Source: Gemmatimonadota bacterium (lineage in GTDB: Bacteria; JAAXHH01). From it: a stretch of 64,000 bases of DNA. The stretch covers positions 3,465 to 67,464 of the forward strand of contig JAPOYX010000184.1 of NCBI GenBank assembly GCA_026706345.1. The letters run 5' to 3'. Below are positions 37,287 through 48,627 of this stretch, in pieces (positions within the stretch are counted from its first letter, which is position 1; every line of letters begins with the position of its first letter). The notes beneath the pieces were generated by a model. That model was not told the origin of the DNA, ran no database searches, and saw nothing but the letters and a program-made list of their open reading frames with translations. The translations under genes were made by a program, and so were the position numbers.

Positions 37287-37364
37287 TTACTGCGGGCCGC
37301 GATGAGCGAACGAACGCAAATCACAATCATGATTTCCATGTTTATGTTTCATTCGTTTGCTCAT
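37287..37364 (-). CDS. candidate 25-aa leader peptide rich in Lys/His/Arg
   Basis: ATG 37364 sits 7 nt after AGGA. MSKRMKHKHGNHDCDLRSFAHRGPQ. All 3 Lys codons are AAA and all 4 His codons are CAT. The track shows it only as the tail of the 68-aa ORF 37287..37493. Confidence 0.45.
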   Translation of the reverse strand: MSKRMKHKHGNHDCDLRSFAHRGPQ

Positions 37365-37408
37365 CGTAATTTCCTGTACGTTTACGAATCCGCCACGCGG
37401 GAACGGAC

Positions 37409-37573
37409 TCACTCTCCCCAGTCTTCTTCTTCTTCCGGCGCCAGCGCCAGCTCCAGCGGATTGGCGCTGATCACTTCGAGTTCCGCGCCGCACTCTTCAC
37501 AAGTTATGATTTCGCCTTCCACGACATCAAAATCCAAGTCGACCGAGGCGCCACATTCAGGGCAGGTTCCCAT
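37409..37573 (-). CDS. lysW: amino-group carrier protein LysW
   Basis: ORF 37409..37594 trimmed to ATG 37573 (GGGGGGA upstream). [54 protein letters not shown] shows a CxxC...CxxC zinc ribbon and the diagnostic C-terminal EDWGE. Confidence 0.9.
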   Translation of the reverse strand: MGTCPECGASVDLDFDVVEGEIITCEECGAELEVISANPLELALAPEEEEDWGE

Positions 37574-37671
37574 GATCCCCCCGTTTACGTCCATGCAGCC
37601 TTGGAACGAACCGTTTCGAAGGTCCTTTCACCCTTCCGGGAAGGTCCCTTTCTTCCTTTCAGAACGGTCGA

Positions 37672-37699
37672 AATATATGATGCGGGCCAAACGTGTCAA
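37672..37699 (-). promoter_or_regulatory. sigma70-like promoter for lysW just downstream of gyrA
   Basis: Minus strand: TTGACA (37699-37694), 16-nt spacer, TATATT (37677-37672). Leaves a leader of about 95 nt. Confidence 0.45.
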
Positions 37700-37718
37700 G
37701 CGGTTTTTTATGGCTCAT

Positions 37719-40217
37719 CTATGTCTCATCCGCCTCGGTTGTCCCGCCGGTTTCTGCGGATTCGGAAGACGCCGGATCGTCCTCTTCATCGCCGGGCGTG
37801 ATCCTGGACACGTCGATCACCCGGTCTCCCTCGCCCAGGTTGATGAGGCGGACGCCCTGGGTGTTCCTGCCGATGGGACGCAGGTCGCGGACCGGCAGGC
37901 GAATGATGAGGCCGTCCACGGTGATGATCATCAGCTCGTCTTCGTCGGAGACCGCGTGTATCGAGACCACGGAGCCGTTGCGTTCGCTCGTCCGGATGTT
38001 GGTTACGCCCTTGCTGGCCCTGCGAGTCAGGCGATAGTTCTCTATGCCCGTCCGCTTGCCGTACCCGTTCTCGGTAACGGAAAGCAGCGTGGAGTCCCGT
38101 CCCGACGCCAGCATCCCCACGACCCGGTCTTCTTCCCCGAGCCGGATGCCCCGCACGCCCTGCGCGCCGCGGCCCATGGTCCGGACGTCGCCCTCGTGGA
38201 AGCGGACGGCCTGGCCGTTCCGGCTGGCGATCACGATGTCATTGTCTCCGTCGGTAAGCAGGGCCTCGATGAGGGCGTCGCCCTCCAGGATGTTCAGCGC
38301 CACGATGCCGTTCTTCCGGGGATTCCCGTACGCCGAGAGGACGGTCTTCTTCACGAGGCCGTTCCGCGTCACCATCAGGATGTAGTGCTCGTCGTCGAAA
38401 GTCCTGATCGGCAGGAAGGCCGCGACGCTTTCTCCCTGGCCGAGCTGCAGCAGGTTGACGATGGCCTTGCCGCGGGCCGTGCGGCCGGCTTCCGGGATCT
38501 CCCAGACCTTCAGCCAGTAGCACTTGCCGCGGTTCGTGAAGAACAGGATGTAGGAGTGGGTCGAAGCCGAAAAGAGGTGTTCCACGAAATCCTCTTCCCG
38601 CGTCTTCATGCCGGTGATGCCCTTGCCGCCGCGGTTCTGGCTCCGGTAGGTGTCCATGGGCAGGCGCTTGATGTACCCGGCGTGCGATATGGTGATCACC
38701 ATCTCCTCGTCGGCGATCAGGTCCTCGATGCTGAGATCGCCCTCGATGTCGATCAACTCGGTCCGTCTTTCGTCGCCGAAGCGTTCCTTCAAGTCGATCA
38801 TCTCTTCCTTGATGATCTGCATCCGCCGTTCCAGCCGCGAAAGAATGTCCCGGAAGTCGGCGATCCGGGCAATCAACTCGTTGTACTCATCCTCGAGCTT
38901 GTCCCGTTCCAGTCCGGTCAGGCGCTGCAGGCGCATGTCCAGGATCGCCTCGACCTGGGCCTGCGACAGTCCGAATTCGTCCACCAGGACTTCCATGGCC
39001 TCCTCGCCGGTACGCGATCCGCGGAGGATTTCGATCACGCGGTCGACGTTGTCGAGCGCCACGCGCAGGCCTTCGACGATGTGGGCCCGCTGTTCCGCCT
39101 TCTCGAGGTCGAAGGCCGTCCGGCGCACCAGCACCTCGTGGCGGTGGTCGATGAAGTGCTGAATGCATTCCTTGATGTTCAGCACCCGGGGCCGGCCGTC
39201 CACGAGCGCCAGCATGGTGACGCCGATGGTGGTCTCAAGAGGCGTCATCTTGAAAAGATGGTTGAGTACGATGTTGCCGGGAATGTCCCGCCGCACGTCG
39301 ATGGCGATGCGCATGCCCGACCGGTCGGACTCGTCCCGTATGTCGGTAATGCCAAGCAACTGCTTTTCGCGGACGAGGTCGGCGATCTTCTCGATCAGGC
39401 TGGACTTGTTGACCTTGTAGGGGATCTCCGTGACGACGATGGTTTCCTTCTCGCTCTGTTCATGAACCTCGATCGTCGTGCGGGCGCGCACCTTGATCTT
39501 TCCGCGGCCGGTGTGGAAATACTCGTTTATCGCGTTGCGGCCGTATATGATCGCGCCGGTGGCGAAATCCGGACCCTTGATGTGCCCGGAGAGCTCCTCG
39601 ATCGTTATTTCCGGATTGTCGATCACGGCCACGATCCCGTCCACCACCTCGGCGAGGTTGTGGGAAGGCAGGTTGGAGGCCATGCCCACGCCGATGCCGA
39701 GCGATCCGTTACAGAGCAGGTTGGGGAACTTGCCCGGAAGCACCGTCGGCTCGTCTTTCGATTCGTCGTAGTTCGGCATGAAGTCGACGGTGTTCTTGTC
39801 GATGTCCTCCATCATCTCGATGGCCAGGCGGGACATTCTCGATTCGGTGTACCGCATGGCGCCCGGCGGATCGCCGTCGATGGAGCCGAAATTCCCCTGG
39901 CCGAAGATCATGGGATAGCGCATGCTGAAAGGCTGGGCCATCCGCGCGAGGGTATCGTACACGGCGAGGTCGCCGTGGGGATGGTAATCGCCTATGGTCT
40001 GGCCGACGATCTTGGCGCACTTTCGCGTGGGCCTGCCCGGCGTGAGGTTCAGGTCGCGCATCGCCACTAGAATGCGCCGCTGCGACGGCTTGAAGCCGTC
40101 GCGCACATCCGGGATCGCCCGCGACAGGTTCACGCTCATGGAGAAGTCGAGATAAGAACTCTTCATCTCGTCTTCAATGAAGATGGGCTGGATGTTGTCG
40201 TGTTGTTCTACCGCCAT
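37719..40217 (-). CDS. gyrA: DNA gyrase subunit A
   Basis: 832 aa. AIPDVRDGFKPSQRRIL; catalytic-Tyr region GAMRYTESRMS; C-terminal beta-pinwheel repeats and an acidic tail. Confidence 0.97.
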   Translation of the reverse strand: MAVEQHDNIQPIFIEDEMKSSYLDFSMSVNLSRAIPDVRDGFKPSQRRILVAMRDLNLTPGRPTRKCAKIVGQTIGDYHPHGDLAVYDTLARMAQPFSMRYPMIFGQGNFGSIDGDPPGAMRYTESRMSRLAIEMMEDIDKNTVDFMPNYDESKDEPTVLPGKFPNLLCNGSLGIGVGMASNLPSHNLAEVVDGIVAVIDNPEITIEELSGHIKGPDFATGAIIYGRNAINEYFHTGRGKIKVRARTTIEVHEQSEKETIVVTEIPYKVNKSSLIEKIADLVREKQLLGITDIRDESDRSGMRIAIDVRRDIPGNIVLNHLFKMTPLETTIGVTMLALVDGRPRVLNIKECIQHFIDHRHEVLVRRTAFDLEKAEQRAHIVEGLRVALDNVDRVIEILRGSRTGEEAMEVLVDEFGLSQAQVEAILDMRLQRLTGLERDKLEDEYNELIARIADFRDILSRLERRMQIIKEEMIDLKERFGDERRTELIDIEGDLSIEDLIADEEMVITISHAGYIKRLPMDTYRSQNRGGKGITGMKTREEDFVEHLFSASTHSYILFFTNRGKCYWLKVWEIPEAGRTARGKAIVNLLQLGQGESVAAFLPIRTFDDEHYILMVTRNGLVKKTVLSAYGNPRKNGIVALNILEGDALIEALLTDGDNDIVIASRNGQAVRFHEGDVRTMGRGAQGVRGIRLGEEDRVVGMLASGRDSTLLSVTENGYGKRTGIENYRLTRRASKGVTNIRTSERNGSVVSIHAVSDEDELMIITVDGLIIRLPVRDLRPIGRNTQGVRLINLGEGDRVIDVSRITPGDEEDDPASSESAETGGTTEADET

Positions 40218-40331
40218 GCTTTCCCCTTGAACGTGTTATCCCGTTTCCGGTTGATGGCTGTTCGTGGTGTCGCCCGACTGCACGGACCGTCCGGACCGCC
40301 CGATCCGCTTATGTGCGGCAGGCGCCGGGTG

Positions 40332-43057
<2,726 letters not shown>

Positions 43058-43066
43058 GCCCGAACC

Positions 43067-44176
43067 TCAGTCGCAGGGTGTCACCGCGCCCTCGTGGACG
43101 CGGAACCGGGTGATCCCCTCCCGGTAGTCCCCGATATCGCTTTCCTTGGCCGTCGTAATGAAGGTCTGGCCGTACGCGGGGACCATTTCCATCAGACGGT
43201 CCGTCCTCGCGGCGTCGATCTCCGCGAATATGTCGTCCAGCAACAGCAGCGGAGGCGCCTGCAGCTGGTGCCAGAGAAAGCGGGCCTCCGCCAGCTTCAG
43301 GGCCGTCGCCGCCGTCTTGTGCTGCCCCTGGGAGCCGTAGGCCTGCAGCGAGACTCCGTTCATGGTGATGGACAGGTCATCCCGGTGCGGCCCCACTTCC
43401 GTCATGCCCCGCGCCCGTTCCCGGTGCCCGTTCCGGTCCAGCGCCTCCTGGAAAGCCCCCTCGATGTCATCGAGGGCCTCGCATTCGAAGGATGGCGCAT
43501 AGTCCAGCTCGAGGACCTCGTCGTCGCCGCTGATCGCGGCGTGAACCCGCCGTGCTTCTTCCTTGAGGGCCGAGACGACTTCCACCCTCTTTCTCATGAT
43601 GCGGCTGCCCAGGTCGACCAGCGGCGCGTTCCAGACCTCCAGGTCCGGAGCTCTTTCCGGGTTTTCCTGGTGCGCGCGCAACGCCTCGTTTCGTTGCCGG
43701 ACCACCCGCCTGTAGTCCTGCAGGGTAGCGAGGTATGCCGCGTTGGACTGCGAGATCGCGATGTCAAGGAAACGGCGGCGCGAATTCGGCGATCCCTGGA
43801 CGAGCCTCCGGTCGTCCGGTGAAATCACCACGGCGGCCATGATGCCGTACAGGTCCGACAGGTTGCGCAGTGGCGACTCGTTCACGAGTACCTTCTTGCC
43901 TGTCTGGCGCCCGTATCTGATTTGTACCTCGACCTCCCTGCCTTCCGCCGACCGGCCCCGTCCCTGTATCAGGAAATGGTCCGCGCCCATGCGCACGAGC
44001 TCCCTGTCCTGCGCCTCGCGGCAGGACCGGGCCACGCACAGGTAATAGACCGCCTCCAGGAGGTTGGTTTTGCCTTGTCCGTTCGCTCCGATAAAAACGT
44101 TCGTTTGCAGGTCACAGGTCAGCGCCAGGGATGTGTAATTCCTGTAATGACTAAGGGACAGCCGCTTTAGATGCAC
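43067..44176 (-). CDS. recF: DNA replication and repair protein RecF
   Basis: 369 aa. L.L.HYRNY start; Walker A GANGQGKTNLLEA; signature region GSQGQHKT; LLLDDIFAEID. Confidence 0.95.
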   Translation of the reverse strand: MHLKRLSLSHYRNYTSLALTCDLQTNVFIGANGQGKTNLLEAVYYLCVARSCREAQDRELVRMGADHFLIQGRGRSAEGREVEVQIRYGRQTGKKVLVNESPLRNLSDLYGIMAAVVISPDDRRLVQGSPNSRRRFLDIAISQSNAAYLATLQDYRRVVRQRNEALRAHQENPERAPDLEVWNAPLVDLGSRIMRKRVEVVSALKEEARRVHAAISGDDEVLELDYAPSFECEALDDIEGAFQEALDRNGHRERARGMTEVGPHRDDLSITMNGVSLQAYGSQGQHKTAATALKLAEARFLWHQLQAPPLLLLDDIFAEIDAARTDRLMEMVPAYGQTFITTAKESDIGDYREGITRFRVHEGAVTPCD

Positions 44177-44180
44177 CTTG

Positions 44181-45311
44181 TCAGTTTTCCACGTCGGTTA
44201 GTCTCAGGGGCATGATCAGGCACTGGTAGTCCTCGCCTTCCGCCTCTTCTTCGGAAGGCGTGATGATCCCGGCACTGACGGGTGAATCGAGCTTGAAGAC
44301 CACGTCTTCGCTTTCTATCCGCTCCACGACGTCGAGGAGGTAGCGGAAGTCGTAGGCCGTATCCATGGCGTCGCCTTCGTATTCGGCCGGCACCTCCTCC
44401 CGGGCCTCGCCGCCGATATCGTGGCTGGACGAACTGAGCTCGATGAATCCCGGCCGTGCCGAATACCTGATCTGCCGCGTGGTCGAGTTGGACAGGACGG
44501 ACACGCGGCGTACGGCGCTTTCCAGAACCTCGCGGTTCACCTTGACGATCTTGTCGTTTCCGCTTGGAATGACCCGCTCGTAATCGGGGTATGTCGCTTC
44601 GATCAGCCTGGCGTACAACTGGGCGTTCTCCAGGTCGAACACGACGTGATTGTCCCCGATCGTTATGCGGGAAGGCGTGTCTGATTCCCCGATGAGCCGT
44701 GAAAGGTTGTTCAGGGCCTTCGGGGGCACGATGATTCCTTCGGTGACCGTATCATCGACTTCGCAGGGCAAGGTCGTCTTGGCCAGCCGATGGGCGTCCG
44801 TGGCGACCATCCGCACGGAACCGCCGCCTATGCGCAGGAAGGCGCCCCACAGGCTGGGATGGGTCTCGTCCCTCGATACCGCGTACACCGTCTTGCGGAT
44901 CAGGCGCTGCAGCGAAGACGCCGGAATCGTTATGGTCTGATCGGAAGGCACATCCGGAAGGGCCGGATACTCTTCCTTGTCTATGCCCACAAGGCGAAAC
45001 ACCCCCCGGTCGCACCGGACGATTACCTTGACGCCGTCCACCTCTATATCTACGGGTGCGTCAGGCAATTCGCGCACCATCTCCGCGAATTTCCTTCCCG
45101 GCACCGTGATTGATCCCCCTTCCGTGATCTGGGCGGGAATCTTCGTCACGATGGATATATCCAGATCGGTGGCCCCGATGGTCAGGTGGCCGTCCTCCGT
45201 CTCCAGCAGCATGTTGGACAGAATGGGCAGGGTAGTCTTGGGCGGCACGACATTCAGGACGGTCTGTATCCCGCTCATCAGCGTGGAACTGGCCGGTATG
45301 GTAATCTTCAC
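44181..45311 (-). CDS. dnaN: DNA polymerase III beta sliding clamp
   Basis: 376 aa with a three-domain clamp pattern. LPILSNMLLETEDGHLTIGATDLDISI. C-terminal MPLRL. Confidence 0.95.
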   Translation of the reverse strand: MKITIPASSTLMSGIQTVLNVVPPKTTLPILSNMLLETEDGHLTIGATDLDISIVTKIPAQITEGGSITVPGRKFAEMVRELPDAPVDIEVDGVKVIVRCDRGVFRLVGIDKEEYPALPDVPSDQTITIPASSLQRLIRKTVYAVSRDETHPSLWGAFLRIGGGSVRMVATDAHRLAKTTLPCEVDDTVTEGIIVPPKALNNLSRLIGESDTPSRITIGDNHVVFDLENAQLYARLIEATYPDYERVIPSGNDKIVKVNREVLESAVRRVSVLSNSTTRQIRYSARPGFIELSSSSHDIGGEAREEVPAEYEGDAMDTAYDFRYLLDVVERIESEDVVFKLDSPVSAGIITPSEEEAEGEDYQCLIMPLRLTDVEN

Positions 45312-46043
45312 GGAGTACTCCTTTGGGCAATCGGCACCGGTTGCCTTGCCCGGTCCGGAGCGCGCAGAACGCTACAGGGGTGGGTGTTATGTACAGTAAC
45401 CTTTTACAACTATTGAATATATAAAGAACGAGGAGGGCTTGCGCAAGGGATTTGTGTGGTAAAACCTACACCATGTTGTAGAATGTGGCAAGGGGACACT
45501 GAAAACGTACCATATATAGTATATATTAAGTATGATATATAAAGATAATAATACTAATATACTATGTGGATATGTTGATAATACAGTATCTTTCTTTATA
45601 AAATCAACATATACAATAATTTATATCAAAAACAAGATGTGGAAAAACAACCACCTAAACAGATGTTTATCCACATTTATCCACACACTAGAACACGAAT
45701 CGGCCAAAACGCGCTGTTATACATATGACATCGACACTTCTTATGCCAGTATCTCCGGGGTTATCCACATTAAAAACACACCCCGATGGACCCGGTCCGG
45801 GTGTGAACGGATCCCCCACCGTAGGAATGTCGTTTCGTGCCCGATCCGGAACCCATTTCCACATCAAGGCTTGACATTGATGGTGGATAGGTGTGGATAC
45901 ATTGGATAAACAATACGAAACATATTGCCGGAGGGAAGGTTACAGGAAGCAACCCATGTTGACAAGGTGTGGATAACTCCACATTTATCCACACCCTGGT
46001 GCTTCCATCTCGGTGTGAAAGGCATTACCGAACGGCAGGCGGG
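45312..46043. other. chromosomal replication origin (oriC) in the dnaA-dnaN spacer
   Basis: Perfect TTATCCACA at 45667, 45677, 45761 and 45985; perfect TGTGGATAA at 45968. Near-boxes at 45565 (TGTGGATAT), 45638 (TGTGGAAAA), and a head-to-tail triplet 45882-45909 (GGTGGATAG, TGTGGATAC, ATTGGATAA). An AT-rich block spans roughly 45511-45640; the line 45541-45600 has 12/60 G+C. Confidence 0.9.
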
Positions 46044-47423
46044 CTACAGCAGCGAATTCTTGATCTTATCGAGGTCTTCCTGCAGGTGCTCGTCGTTCAG
46101 CAGGAGCTTCTTGACCGTCTGGCAGGCGTGTATAACGGTCGTGTGGTCTCTCTTGCCGAAGATCGCCCCGATGTCCTTGAGCGACGCCCGGGTCATGTCC
46201 CGGCAAAGGAACATGGCGATCTGGCGGGCCGTCACCACGTGCTTTTTCCGGGTCTTCGCGGCGAGATCCTCGACGGACACGTCGTAGTGCCGGGCTACTG
46301 CTTTCTGAATATCCTCGATCCCCGCGGAACGTTGTTTTCTGCGGATCTTGTTGCTCAGCACGCGTTTCGCCACATCGATGGTGATGTCGCAGTGACTCAG
46401 CGAAGCGTACGCGAGCAGGCTGAGCACGGCTCCCTCCAGTTCCCGTATGTTCGATGCGACCCGGTCGGCAATATAGGCGATGACGTCCGGACTCAGCGAC
46501 AGCCCGTCCTTGTCCGCTTTTTTCTGAAGAATGGCTTCCCTGGTTTCGTAGTCGGGCGGCTTCATGTCCGCGAGCAGCCCCCACTCGAACCGGGACACCA
46601 GGCGTTCTTCCAGGCCGGAAAGCTCCTTCGGGATCCGGTCGCTGGTAAGGACGATCTGCTTGCCCTTTTGCCGCAGCATGTCGAAGGTGTGGAAGAACTC
46701 CTCCTGGGTGCGGTCCTTGTGCCCCTTGCAAAAGAACTGGATGTCGTCCACGATGAGCAGGTCGACGTTTCGGTAGGTCTGCGCGAACTCCTTCGTCTTT
46801 TTTTCCTGTATGGACTCGATGAATTCGCTGTAGAAGATTTCAGACGTGACGTACCGGATGCGGTCGACGGTCCCGAGCCGTTTCGACTCGTGGGCGATCG
46901 CCTGCGCCAAGTGGGTCTTGCCCAGGCCGACGCCGCCGTAGATCACGAGAGGGTTGAAGGTCTGCTGGCCCGGGGATTTTACCACGGCCAGGGAGGCCGC
47001 GTGGGCGAAGTCGTTGCATTCCCCCACGACGAAGTTCTCGAAGGTGTAGTTGTCGTAGAGGTTGTCGGTTTCCTCTTCGTCCGCGGTCTGCCGTTCGCGG
47101 GCCGCCTGGGCCGGACCGGGCGGACCGTAGGAGGGCAGGTCGGTGAGCACGGGGACAATCTGCGTATTGCCTTCGAAAATATGATAGTCTATGGAGACCT
47201 GGCGGCCGAGCTGGGTCGTCACGACCTGGCTGATCTTGTCGTGAAACCCCTTCAGGATCCGCTCGCCGGAGAACGGATTCGGCACCTCTATGGTGAATTT
47301 ATCCGGTGTTACGTCATGCCCCTTGGTCCGCTCGAACCAGGTCGCAAACGTCTGCGCCGGGATCATGCCCCTCAGTTCCGACAAACACACCGACCAGAGT
47401 TGTGCAGGATCTTCCTGCTTCAT
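46044..47423 (-). CDS. dnaA: chromosomal replication initiator DnaA
   Basis: 459 aa. Walker A GGVGLGKTHL; DDIQF box; C-terminal DNA-binding helix region ...HTTVIHACQTV. Confidence 0.97.
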   Translation of the reverse strand: MKQEDPAQLWSVCLSELRGMIPAQTFATWFERTKGHDVTPDKFTIEVPNPFSGERILKGFHDKISQVVTTQLGRQVSIDYHIFEGNTQIVPVLTDLPSYGPPGPAQAARERQTADEEETDNLYDNYTFENFVVGECNDFAHAASLAVVKSPGQQTFNPLVIYGGVGLGKTHLAQAIAHESKRLGTVDRIRYVTSEIFYSEFIESIQEKKTKEFAQTYRNVDLLIVDDIQFFCKGHKDRTQEEFFHTFDMLRQKGKQIVLTSDRIPKELSGLEERLVSRFEWGLLADMKPPDYETREAILQKKADKDGLSLSPDVIAYIADRVASNIRELEGAVLSLLAYASLSHCDITIDVAKRVLSNKIRRKQRSAGIEDIQKAVARHYDVSVEDLAAKTRKKHVVTARQIAMFLCRDMTRASLKDIGAIFGKRDHTTVIHACQTVKKLLLNDEHLQEDLDKIKNSLL

Positions 47424-47611
47424 TGCGGATTACCTTGTCTGCCCAGGGGGCCGAAACATCGGGGGGCGGACCGGGAAAAGCCGGTCCGAAAGCATGCGCG
47501 TACACTCGCATGCAACATGCTAAATAATTGTAATTACAACATTTAAACGATAATTGGGTACGACAACAAATCCACGGAAGGCGGAAACGTTGCGGGTAGT
47601 ATCTCCTCATT

Positions 47612-47640
47612 AGTATGTAGCGTGGGCAGCGCACTGTCAA
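47612..47640 (-). promoter_or_regulatory. candidate dnaA promoter
   Basis: Minus strand: TTGACA (47640-47635), 17-nt spacer, CATACT (47617-47612). Leaves a leader of about 180 nt. Confidence 0.4.
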
Positions 47641-47686
47641 GAGTTATATCGAAAAGATTTGCACCACTGGAATGAACTAAAACCAC

Positions 47687-47715
47687 TTGACAAAATCAGC
47701 CTCTCCAGGTAATAT
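47687..47715 (+). promoter_or_regulatory. rpmH promoter
   Basis: TTGACA (47687-47692), 17-nt spacer, TAATAT (47710-47715); 50 nt upstream of the rpmH ATG. Confidence 0.55.
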
Positions 47716-47765
47716 AGAGGGCTGTTTTTTTTAAGGTGAAAAGCGTGAAAAGCCGGGAGTAACTG

Positions 47766-47900
47766 ATGAAGCGGACCTTTCAGCCGAGCAACCTGAAGCG
47801 GCACCGCAGGCACGGGTTTCGTCGAAGGATGAGCACCAAGGCGGGGCGGTTGATCCTGAACCGCCGCCGCGCCAAGGGAAGGACCCGCGTTGCCGTTTAG
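47766..47900 (+). CDS. rpmH: 50S ribosomal protein L34 (absent from the ORF track)
   Basis: [44 protein letters not shown], 44 aa, a near-universal L34 sequence. Immediately upstream of rnpA. Confidence 0.97.
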   Translation: MKRTFQPSNLKRHRRHGFRRRMSTKAGRLILNRRRAKGRTRVAV

Positions 47901-47932
47901 GCGCCGCCGGATCGCCGCAGGACCGATGCACC

Positions 47933-48304
47933 ATGGCCGCCGGTTCCCGATGTTTTCCCCACGACGAACGCATGAGACACCGGTGGGAGTTCGAGCGGGT
48001 GAGGAAAAGCGGATTGACCGTCAGGGGACGGTCCATGATCCTGTCCCTGGCTTCCTCTCCGGACCGGCTCGAGCGCCGGGTCGGTTTCATTGCGACCAGG
48101 CGCTACGGCGGCGCGGTCGAGCGCAACCTGGTTCGCCGGAGAATGCGGGAGATCTACCGGCTTAACAGGAACCGCCTGAAGCGCGGCGTGCACCTGGTGC
48201 TCATCGCCCGCAGTCCCAGGCAGGAAGCTACGTACCGCCAGATGAATGAAGAGTTTCTTTCCCTCTACCATACCGCGGTGACACGTTTATGTGGAAAAGG
48301 CTGA
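47933..48304 (+). CDS. rnpA: ribonuclease P protein component
   Basis: 123 aa. EFERVRKSG...[27 protein letters not shown] (RNR motif). The start could be a little further downstream. Confidence 0.9.
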   Translation: MAAGSRCFPHDERMRHRWEFERVRKSGLTVRGRSMILSLASSPDRLERRVGFIATRRYGGAVERNLVRRRMREIYRLNRNRLKRGVHLVLIARSPRQEATYRQMNEEFLSLYHTAVTRLCGKG

Positions 48305-48588
48305 CCGCAGCGGTCGCAACCACGCTCGCATGGGTCGTCCGCGGCTACCAACTGGCAGTATCCCCGTTCCTTCCGCCAAGCTGCAGGTTTACCCCCACCT
48401 GTTCGAATTACACCATTGAAGCGCTGGAACGACGAGGTCCGTTCGCCGGATCCTACCTGGCCGTGCGGCGGCTGTTGCGCTGTCATCCCTTTCACCCGGG
48501 CGGATACGACCCGGTGGAACGACCGGACCGCTTGGCCGGCCCGGTTAGCCCGGGCGGTCCAGGCGGATCAGGCGGATCACACGAATAG
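48289..48588 (+). CDS. yidD: membrane protein insertion efficiency factor YidD
   Basis: [27 protein letters not shown]...[13 protein letters not shown]. Overlaps the rnpA end. Confidence 0.92.
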   Translation: MWKRLTAAVATTLAWVVRGYQLAVSPFLPPSCRFTPTCSNYTIEALERRGPFAGSYLAVRRLLRCHPFHPGGYDPVERPDRLAGPVSPGGPGGSGGSHE

Positions 48589-48627
48589 CCGCATGCCACG
48601 GCTTACAACCCTGGAATCACGTCAACT

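Noticed and set aside
37242-40070. 942-aa plus-strand ORF
   Set aside because: It lies entirely antisense to gyrA, whose identity is unambiguous. Its composition is R/G/V/D/H-rich. It also runs across lysW and the leader region in a nonsensical frame.
47700-47730. Terminator-like element CCUCU-n11-AGAGG followed by T8, overlapping the rpmH -10 box
   Set aside because: It has only a 5-bp stem, and no plus-strand gene lies upstream to terminate. The T-run is more simply part of the AT-rich promoter and leader.
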